From: Candidatus Saccharibacteria bacterium CPR2
Lineage (GTDB): Bacteria > Patescibacteriota > Saccharimonadia > Saccharimonadales > QWHN01
Length of the DNA stretch: 64,000 nucleotides
Reading direction: 5' to 3'
NCBI GenBank assembly: GCA_021404905.1
Contig: QWHN01000003.1
Span: 23,080 to 87,079 of the forward strand
The translations under genes and the position numbers were made by a program. The notes under the pieces are model-generated. The model saw only the letters and a list, made by a program, of their open reading frames with translations. It ran no database searches and was not told the origin of the DNA. Shown here in pieces: positions 53,878 to 60,032 of the stretch; positions within the stretch are counted from its first letter, which is position 1, and each line of letters begins with the position of its first letter.

Positions 53878-54115
53878 GGCGCTATAGCTCAGTTGGTAAA
53901 GCGGAGGCTTGATAAGCGTCAACCCTGAGCCTGTCGAATGGATTGACCTTTATAGCAAGCTGATATAATTATTCAATCAGCGAGTGTTAGAGCCTTGTGT
54001 CCCTGGTTCGGTGAACACAGCTCCTCAGTCAAACGAAAATGCTTGCATTTTCAATTGGCGAGGAGCGAGGAAGGAGGTCGAAGCCAACAGGCAAGACCGA
54101 TGTCCAGGTGGCGAA
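53878..54115 (+). pseudogene. Disrupted or decayed tRNA (Phe/Ile-like) upstream of tRNA-Phe
   Basis: A perfect 5' half GGCGCTATAGCTCAGTTGGTAAAGCGGAGGCTTGATAA is followed by ~76 nt of unrelated sequence. Then comes AGAGCCTTGTGTCCCTGGTTCG (19/22 identical to tRNA-Phe), ~90 nt more, then TGTCCAGGTGGCGAA. The 3' acceptor pairs at only 5/7 positions. Confidence 0.5.
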
Positions 54116-54144
54116 ATCTTGTAGTTACTTTAAACTAGTTGTGA

Positions 54145-54220
54145 GGCACCTTAGCTCAGTTGGTAGAGCAGAGGCTTGAAGAGCCTTGTGTCCTCGGTTC
54201 GAGTCCGAGAGGTGCCACCA
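54145..54220 (+). tRNA. tRNA-Phe(GAA)
   Basis: GGCACCT/AGGTGCC acceptor, anticodon loop TTGAAGA, T-loop TTCGAGT, CCA. Confidence 0.93.
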
Positions 54221-54294
54221 GTTCGTTCGATAGTTTCAGCTTACGTGAGTTTCTTCGTAACTCACTTTCAGCTTCCATATCGAGCCTCACTTTC

Positions 54295-54329
54295 AAATCA
54301 ACAAACAGCTTTGCTTGGTTTGTTGATTT
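54295..54329 (+). terminator. Hairpin terminator candidate after tRNA-Phe
   Basis: AAATCAACAAAC-agctttgcttg-GTTTGTTGATTT forms a 12-bp perfect stem ending in TTT. Confidence 0.55.
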
Positions 54330-54438
54330 GGGAGAAAAACATCTAATTATGTAAAAGAGAAGCTAGGCCTGCATTTTGGAGTCAGCTTGAAACGTTGACC
54401 CGTGTGAAATAAGTTATTAGCGCAAAACTAGATAAACA

Positions 54439-55269
54439 ATGAAACAACGCTTGCAAAATCAGGCTATCGCTCTGTCTTTAACGGCAATTACTTGCGCCGT
54501 AATGGTAGTGATTCTTTGGGTGGAAGTTGTATTGCTAAATAAAGTTACCAGCGAAAAAATCCTACTTCACGTTAGGCTGGGCGATGTATTGGTAGGGCTG
54601 ACAATTTATTTAAAAACCGCTATAGATTTCGCGATTTTTATTGGGCGTCTCATGGATAAAAATCCAGGTCTAAAAGGGCGTATTGGCATAGAAATTGGCA
54701 CGGCTCTGGGCAACGCGGTTGGAACATTCGCGATTCTGCTTATCTGGACATTTTTTAAAGAAGTAAATTGGCTGCTTGCGATAATGATAATTATTGCCGC
54801 GTTGGTGCTTGTGCGCCTCGCGCAGGATAGTCTGGACCACGTCAACACAAAAAATCCTAATTATCCAAAATGGTTTAGTAAACTTACAACTATTTTTGAT
54901 AATTTCCTGCGCTTGGCGAACAGGATGTTTGAGCCGATTTTGTCTAAAGTCTTGCCTTCCCATTCGCTTAAAGTAGAGGCAAAGAACACGTTTTTGAGCT
55001 TACTCGTCATGTCTTTTACGGTTCCGTTTATTCTGGGATTGGATGATTTTGCCGGTTATGTGCCTTTGTTCAACATTGTAAACGTGTTCGGATTCGCGAT
55101 TGGCGTGTTTGTCGGGCACATGATACTGAACATATTCCTATACATTTCTCCTTCAAGAACAATCAAAGCGGTTAAAAACCCGATCATCGCGCTGTTTGGC
55201 AGCATCGCGTTTGTTTTACTGGCCGTCTGGGGTTTCGTTGAGGCCTATAAACTTCTCTTCCTCCATTAA
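54439..55269 (+). CDS. Hypothetical polytopic membrane protein
   Basis: Seven to eight hydrophobic helices. Repeated acidic motifs AIDFAIFIG and GLDDFAGYV suggest a two-repeat transporter-like fold. No confident family call. Confidence 0.55.
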   Translation: MKQRLQNQAIALSLTAITCAVMVVILWVEVVLLNKVTSEKILLHVRLGDVLVGLTIYLKTAIDFAIFIGRLMDKNPGLKGRIGIEIGTALGNAVGTFAILLIWTFFKEVNWLLAIMIIIAALVLVRLAQDSLDHVNTKNPNYPKWFSKLTTIFDNFLRLANRMFEPILSKVLPSHSLKVEAKNTFLSLLVMSFTVPFILGLDDFAGYVPLFNIVNVFGFAIGVFVGHMILNIFLYISPSRTIKAVKNPIIALFGSIAFVLLAVWGFVEAYKLLFLH

Positions 55270-55314
55270 TCTTGATTGGGTTGTGATAAAATTAGTTTTG
55301 CTATTGACCAATTA

Positions 55315-55377
55315 TCATTGATAACTTATTGAAAATTGTTAACTTGTAACTGATAATTGTTTTGTCACGCAAAATAT
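55315..55377 (+). promoter_or_regulatory. AT-rich upstream module (family E) with a sigma-70-like promoter for tRNA-Gly
   Basis: TTGAAA-17 nt-GATAAT lies about 25 nt before the tRNA 5' end. Homologous to 53813-53877. Confidence 0.5.
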
Positions 55378-55454
55378 GCGGGTGTAGCTCAGTTGATTAG
55401 AGCGCATCCTTGCCAAGGATGAGGCCAGGGGTTTGAGTCCCCTCACCCGCACCA
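55378..55454 (+). tRNA. tRNA-Gly(GCC)
   Basis: GCGGGTG/CACCCGC acceptor, anticodon loop TTGCCAA, CCA. The D-loop reads AGTTGATTA and the T-loop TTTGAGT, implying an A19/U56 pair instead of G19/C56. Confidence 0.88.
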
Positions 55455-55507
55455 ATACAACCCAAACGTTTTTCAAACAGTATACTTTCAAACAATTGAG
55501 GCTATTT

Positions 55508-55876
55508 ATGTCCGATAAGCATCAAGAATTAGATAACATCCTGGAACAGCACTTCGAAATAAGTGAGGTCAGTTGGGGCGAACAAGAAGATTTTGATGCC
55601 ACAAATATGGCCACAATTCACGAAGACAAAGCTGATACGGTTTCAAATAAAGGACATTTTACAGTCCATAACTTTGTAGATAAAAATGATAACCGTTACA
55701 AGCTAGTTCATTACAAGGGGAACTTTCAGGATGATGATGAGCTGGTAACTTTTATGAAAGATGCTGAATACAGCACCATAAAGGACTACGAAACTGTACA
55801 GCCTAAAACAAGTGTGAGCAACTACACGCTTTACAAGCTCATCCCTTATACAGTTAATGGCGAACCACAATGGTAG
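55508..55876 (+). CDS. Hypothetical protein
   Basis: ATG 55508 (MSDKHQELDNILEQH...). The track start 55433 lies inside tRNA-Gly. Confidence 0.45.
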   Translation: MSDKHQELDNILEQHFEISEVSWGEQEDFDATNMATIHEDKADTVSNKGHFTVHNFVDKNDNRYKLVHYKGNFQDDDELVTFMKDAEYSTIKDYETVQPKTSVSNYTLYKLIPYTVNGEPQW

Positions 55877-55918
55877 TTATATTAGCTCGCCTGAAAGATT
55901 AAATATTTCAACCAGGTG

Positions 55919-55985
55919 CTTTAGTTTATAATCATTGACGGCACTGATAGCAGATGTTTGAAATGCGTCAACTATCTTGCACCAA
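55919..55985 (+). repeat. 67-nt promoter-like repeat, copy 1
   Basis: CTTTAGTTTATAATC...GATGTTTGAAATGCGTCAACTATCTTGCACCAA. 61/67 identical to 56576-56642, with the last 34 nt identical. Confidence 0.85.
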
Positions 55986-55998
55986 TACCATAAGCATT

Positions 55999-56538
55999 AT
56001 GAACAGTACTAAACTTTCTCAACAAGAATTAGACGAGTTTGACAGTATGCACGGCAAAGCTAAGCTAGACCTACTTTTCAGACTTGTTGAACAATCCACT
56101 AAAGCGTTCATACAATCTGGTTCACAGGTTAGTGACTTGAATACACTACTTGCAACTTACGAGAGTCTGTCTGACGATGATTTACGACGAAACTTAATCG
56201 TTCACTACCTGTATGATGAGATGTTCTCTCCTGAATGGGATGACTACGACATTGAGGCACTAAGGCAACCTGATGAGAATGAGTCAGACTTCTTGAAAGC
56301 AAAAGCTGAATCAGTTCTGAAAATTGTGGAAGATTATAAAGTCGGAGTTGAATATACTGAAGAAAAATATGTGGCTGCACTTGTCGGCAGTGAGTATGTG
56401 AGGGCAGAAAGTATGGATTATGACCGACAAAAGAAAGAGTTAAGGGTTGAGTATCCAGAGAGCAAACTCTTCATTGTCACGAAGCATTTCGGTAGAGACC
56501 ACACTACTCTACATATTGGCTACGAAGAGGTTAATTAA
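55999..56538 (+). CDS. Hypothetical acidic protein
   Basis: ATG 55999 (MNSTKLSQQELDEF...). The longer track start at 55954 lies in the shared repeat. Confidence 0.45.
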   Translation: MNSTKLSQQELDEFDSMHGKAKLDLLFRLVEQSTKAFIQSGSQVSDLNTLLATYESLSDDDLRRNLIVHYLYDEMFSPEWDDYDIEALRQPDENESDFLKAKAESVLKIVEDYKVGVEYTEEKYVAALVGSEYVRAESMDYDRQKKELRVEYPESKLFIVTKHFGRDHTTLHIGYEEVN

Positions 56539-56575
56539 GTAACTTGTCCGATAGCTGAAATTCCTTGGCTAGTAA

Positions 56576-56642
56576 CTTTAGTTTATAATCGTTGGTAGCA
56601 CTAATAGCTGATGTTTGAAATGCGTCAACTATCTTGCACCAA
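56576..56642 (+). repeat. 67-nt promoter-like repeat, copy 2
   Basis: See 55919-55985. Confidence 0.85.
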
Positions 56643-56715
56643 ATGTTTAATTTTGCTTCGCCGACATTTCACTCGATTGAAATTGAACATCCCAAAAGTG
56701 TATAATTTAGCCACT

Positions 56716-56994
56716 ATGAATGGCGTTGCAACTAAAGGTGATATCAAAGATATCATGAAGCAAATTGATCATATGGCGGCAAAGATTGTCGAAAGGTTTG
56801 ATCGTATAGAGAAATCACTCGAGGAAAAAGCAACAAAAGATGATATTCGTAAAATTATGGATACATTGGATTTCATATCGAAGCGTCAAGAAATATCTGA
56901 CGATGAACGGCTAGTTATGGGCCATCAGCTTGAGCGTTTAGATCAATGGACTCATGAACTTGCGAAAAAAATAGGTTACAAACTATCTACTTGA
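56716..56994 (+). CDS. Small coiled-coil protein (paralogue of 57084-57410)
   Basis: ATG 56716, preceded by TATAAT at 56701-56706. The C-terminus LERLDQWTHELAKKIGYKLS parallels IARLERWIEQIAEKTGVKLT in the neighbour. Confidence 0.5.
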   Translation: MNGVATKGDIKDIMKQIDHMAAKIVERFDRIEKSLEEKATKDDIRKIMDTLDFISKRQEISDDERLVMGHQLERLDQWTHELAKKIGYKLST

Positions 56995-57083
56995 TTAAAA
57001 TCGATCTGCAACCTGTATCAACTCAACCCAAACATTTTTCAAACATTTGAGCCTTACTAGGCTCTTTTTGTTATAATTGCGTT

Positions 57084-57410
57084 ATGACAGAAATTACAAA
57101 GTTAGAAAAGAAGTTGGACAAACGGTTTGAAAAAATTGACAAACGGTTTGATGATCTGACTATGCTAATGAGCGATTTTGCAAATGACGTTAATGCCAGA
57201 TTCGACCAACAAGATGCCAGATTCGACCGAATTGAAGCCCGGCTCGATAAATTAGAGGCAAGCCATCAAAGACTACTGAGTACGATAGACGCTTTAATTA
57301 AACGCATAGACGATTACGAAACCGAACTTGTAGCAAGAGATCACAAAATCGCAAGGCTCGAACGTTGGATCGAACAAATAGCAGAAAAAACCGGCGTAAA
57401 GCTGACATAA
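57084..57410 (+). CDS. Small coiled-coil protein (paralogue of 56716-56994)
   Basis: Heptad-rich sequence with repeated RFD/RFE units (KRFEKIDKRFDD, ARFDQQDARFDRIEARLDKLE). Confidence 0.5.
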   Translation: MTEITKLEKKLDKRFEKIDKRFDDLTMLMSDFANDVNARFDQQDARFDRIEARLDKLEASHQRLLSTIDALIKRIDDYETELVARDHKIARLERWIEQIAEKTGVKLT

Positions 57411-57490
57411 TACCATCACTCGCACCGAGTAGTATCAATTGTAAGACAAGCTCATTATGTTTTTGCTTTCTGCTGTTTTACAATTGAGCC

Positions 57491-58282
57491 ATGAAGCATA
57501 AGCAATATGGGTTCGCGTTAGTTGAAGTTTTTCTTGTTATCTTGGTTGTAGTTGTTATTGGTGTGGCCGGTTATTTAGTGCTAAATAAAAAATCGACTGG
57601 CAAAAATGGCTCAGGACAATCGAAAACTTCAAACGAAGAAAGTGCTAGTCAAGCCAAGATAAAACACCTTGGAGTTAATCTGGATTATTATAACCCTGCC
57701 ACCAACAAAGCCGGTGATTTTGTGTTTACCAAAGCAAAGTTTACGTCAGGGATACAGCTGTTATTCACGGATTTTGGATATGTCATTGAGGGTGAAAATA
57801 CTGACACAGGGCAAGACAAGGCTAATCCGCAACCCACCTTTATTTTACCGCTTGGCTCAAAAGTATATTCGCCGGTTGACGGCGAGGTGCAAGATGTACC
57901 ACAACTTTATAGTAGTGACTACAGCGTAATGATAAGAACCGAAGACAGCGAATTGGTATTCGAAACCGAGCACGTTATAAACGTTAAAGTAAAGAAAGGC
58001 GATAAAGTTAAAGCCGGCCAGGAAATCGCCGAAGTCAGTGGTTACTCCGCGCATGGATATGATGGCATGGGCCTGGTTGAAATCGGCGTGCTTAGGGGCG
58101 GGAACCCTCCGGAACATCTTTGCCCGTTTGATTATTTAGATGATTCTATAAAAGATGAAACTATAAACAAAATCAACGCTCTTAAAAAATCTTGGGAAGA
58201 ATATCGGGGCGATGATAACTTGTATGATGAGTCAAAAGAAGTTACGCCAGGTTGTCTAACGCAAGATCCAATACCTGGTTAA
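57491..58282 (+). CDS. Type IV pilin-like N-terminus fused to a degenerate LytM/M23-like domain
   Basis: Prepilin motif KQYGFALVEVFLVILVV (G/F...E5). VYSPVDGEV and VKKGDKVKAGQEIAEVSG match the M23 barrel, but the HxH position reads GLVEIG. Confidence 0.6.
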   Translation: MKHKQYGFALVEVFLVILVVVVIGVAGYLVLNKKSTGKNGSGQSKTSNEESASQAKIKHLGVNLDYYNPATNKAGDFVFTKAKFTSGIQLLFTDFGYVIEGENTDTGQDKANPQPTFILPLGSKVYSPVDGEVQDVPQLYSSDYSVMIRTEDSELVFETEHVINVKVKKGDKVKAGQEIAEVSGYSAHGYDGMGLVEIGVLRGGNPPEHLCPFDYLDDSIKDETINKINALKKSWEEYRGDDNLYDESKEVTPGCLTQDPIPG

Positions 58283-58377
58283 ATAAATTTTATTTTCAGT
58301 AAATAAAACTAAAGCTCTGATTTCAATATTGTGGCTAAATAATATATAGTTTATAGAGGTAACCTGAGGATTTATTA

Positions 58378-58788
58378 ATGGGAGCCTGGCCCTGGCGTGA
58401 ATGGCATAAGAGAGCAGAATGTAGGCAGCAGTTTTCTGAAGAAGGAGACAAAAAAGAAGCGGCGCGGATATTTTTCGGGCCGGAAACGACAAGTGGCAGA
58501 AAACATGAAAATAAAGAAGAAATTATCGCAAGATTAAAAACAGCTGCGGAAATTTGTGGGCGCTGCGCGGTCATTAACGAGTGTTATCAACAGTTACAAA
58601 ATATTGAGCTGAAAGTAAGAGATAACAAAGGAGGTATCTGGGCTGGTCATCTGGTGTTTAAACAGCCTAGGGGTAGCGGAACACTTGCTGAAACAGCAAT
58701 TTTGCCACTAGAAGAAGCGATCCAACATTTTGAAGAACATACCAGAAAAAGACAGCCTCAAGAAAAACCAGACACTGACGTTGCTTAA
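58378..58788 (+). CDS. WhiB-like (Wbl) iron-sulfur transcription factor
   Basis: W..AEC(15)...FFGPE...AAEIC(60)GRC(63)AVINEC(69) gives the C-Xn-C-X2-C-X5-C pattern. The GGIWAGH turn corresponds to G(V/I)WGG. It aligns well by eye with WhiB1. Confidence 0.75.
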   Translation: MGAWPWREWHKRAECRQQFSEEGDKKEAARIFFGPETTSGRKHENKEEIIARLKTAAEICGRCAVINECYQQLQNIELKVRDNKGGIWAGHLVFKQPRGSGTLAETAILPLEEAIQHFEEHTRKRQPQEKPDTDVA

Positions 58789-58874
58789 TATTTATAAATT
58801 GCTTTTAGCAAACAACAATCCTTGCAGTCTTAGATTTGCCAAGATACGATATTAGAGTAGTATTTTGTCTGTAT

Positions 58875-58948
58875 GGCGCGTTGGCCGAGGAGTTAGGCAC
58901 ATCTCTGCAAAAGATGTTACAGCGGTGCGAGTCCGCTACGCGCCTCCA
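58875..58948 (+). tRNA. tRNA-Cys(GCA)
   Basis: GGCGCGT/ACGCGCC acceptor, anticodon loop CTGCAAA, U73 discriminator, CCA. The T-loop reads TGCGAGT (G at position 55), which is unusual. Confidence 0.8.
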
Positions 58949-58968
58949 TACTTCGCGTAAAGCTTCGT

Positions 58969-59148
58969 ATGGCAAGCCATTCTAATCCTATCACGGATGT
59001 TGATGCCCTGATTAGACTAAGCCATATTAATGGCGACAAGTCAGATAACCGACTAGAGAACTTAAGAATACTATGCCCAAATTGCCATAGCCTTCAACCC
59101 ACACATCGTGATAAAAATAAGAAGGTAAGATATGCGCGGGTGACGTAA
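58969..59148 (+). pseudogene. HNH endonuclease fragment (59 codons) wedged between two tRNA genes
   Basis: MASHSNPITDVDALIRLSHINGDKSDNRLENLRILCPNCHSLQPTHRDKNKK carries the H-N-(N)-H/CxxCH core only. The last 15 nt overlap tRNA-Leu(TAA). It is below the track size cut-off. Confidence 0.6.
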
Positions 59149-59220
59149 CTGGTAGCCGTACTAGACTTAAAATCTGGGGGTCGCAAGACCGTGTGGGTTC
59201 GAGTCCCACCCCGCGCACCA
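59134..59220 (+). tRNA. tRNA-Leu(TAA)
   Basis: GCGCGGG/CCCGCGC acceptor, anticodon loop CTTAAAA, long variable arm GGGTCGCAAGACCGT, T-loop TTCGAGT, CCA. Confidence 0.88.
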
Positions 59221-59273
59221 CGCTCTACACAAAGTTTCCTGTGGTAAGCTTTCGGCGATGATACAATAGATTT

Positions 59274-60032
59274 ATGAATTTGATAGTTAACAATTTGAAG
59301 ATACATGTTCAAGATGTTGGCAAACGTTCTAAACCCTGCGTTTTGTTTTTACACGGATGGGGTGCTTCGGGGAATAGTTTTTCAAAGTTGATTGAAGAGA
59401 TTGGTGATAATTACCGATGCGTAGCTCCAGATTTGCCCGGTTTTGGTGCGAGTGAAATACCAACGAAAGCTTGGGGCGTCAAGGAATACGCGAATTTTGT
59501 ACACGACTTAACCGCTAAATTAGGAATAAAAAAGATTCATGCGATTTGCAGCCATTCCATGGGTGGCCGGATTGCCATGCACATTACTGCCCAAAGGATT
59601 CTCAGGCCTGGGAAGCTGATCTTAATCGGATCCCACGGGATAGTGCAGGCAAAGTCTTTGCGAAATCGCGCATATAAGGTAGTAGCGAAAGTGGGCAAAA
59701 AAGCAACACTTGTACTGCCCAACCGTGTTCGTTCGCAGCTTAGAGATAAATTGTATAGACAAGCAGGGGCTAGTGATTATCTTACCGCTGGAGCTATGCG
59801 CGATACCTTTATAAATTTAATAAATACAGATAGTCAGCCGGACGCGGCCTTAATAGATATTCCTTCCCTGTTAATCTACGGTAAGAATGATAAACAAACA
59901 CCGCCGTCTTTTGGCAAGATATTTCATGAATTAATGCCCAACTCCAAGTTAAATATTGTCTCTGGAGCCGATCATTTTATACACGAGACTGAACCAAAAA
60001 TTGTTGCAACTCAACTTAAGGAGTTTTTGTGA
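59274..60032 (+). CDS. Alpha/beta-fold hydrolase
   Basis: HGWGASG, nucleophile elbow SHSMGG, C-terminal GADHFIHE. Confidence 0.8.
   Translation: MNLIVNNLKIHVQDVGKRSKPCVLFLHGWGASGNSFSKLIEEIGDNYRCVAPDLPGFGASEIPTKAWGVKEYANFVHDLTAKLGIKKIHAICSHSMGGRIAMHITAQRILRPGKLILIGSHGIVQAKSLRNRAYKVVAKVGKKATLVLPNRVRSQLRDKLYRQAGASDYLTAGAMRDTFINLINTDSQPDAALIDIPSLLIYGKNDKQTPPSFGKIFHELMPNSKLNIVSGADHFIHETEPKIVATQLKEFL

Larger units (their letters stand above)
55455..57047. mobile_element. Possible tRNA-Gly-linked islet bounded by a 22-bp direct repeat; no integrase
   Basis: CAACCCAAACGTTTTTCAAACA (55458-55479) versus CAACCCAAACATTTTTCAAACA (57024-57045). Inside are three small orphan genes and two 67-nt repeats ending in a tRNA-3'-end-like GCACCAA. 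Confidence 0.3.

Noticed and set aside
53914-53990. Group I intron in the anticodon loop of the tRNA-like gene
   Set aside because: A P1-like pairing (TTGAT/GTCAA with U-G) exists, but the insert is only ~76 nt. I could not find P3-P8 core elements, and the 3' part of the tRNA is itself interrupted and mispaired. I kept it as an open question rather than a call.
54160-54354. 64-aa ORF across tRNA-Phe, and minus-strand ORFs at 59027-59312 across tRNA-Leu(TAA)
   Set aside because: They are read through tRNA genes and terminator hairpins and are not credible coding sequences.
55954-56640. Shared N-terminus MFEMRQLSCT of two ORFs, suggesting a conserved signal or leader peptide
   Set aside because: The shared residues come from a 67-nt noncoding repeat that carries a TATAAT-like box. 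Downstream ATGs (55999 and 56716) have their own plausible contexts, and the peptide diverges immediately after the repeat.
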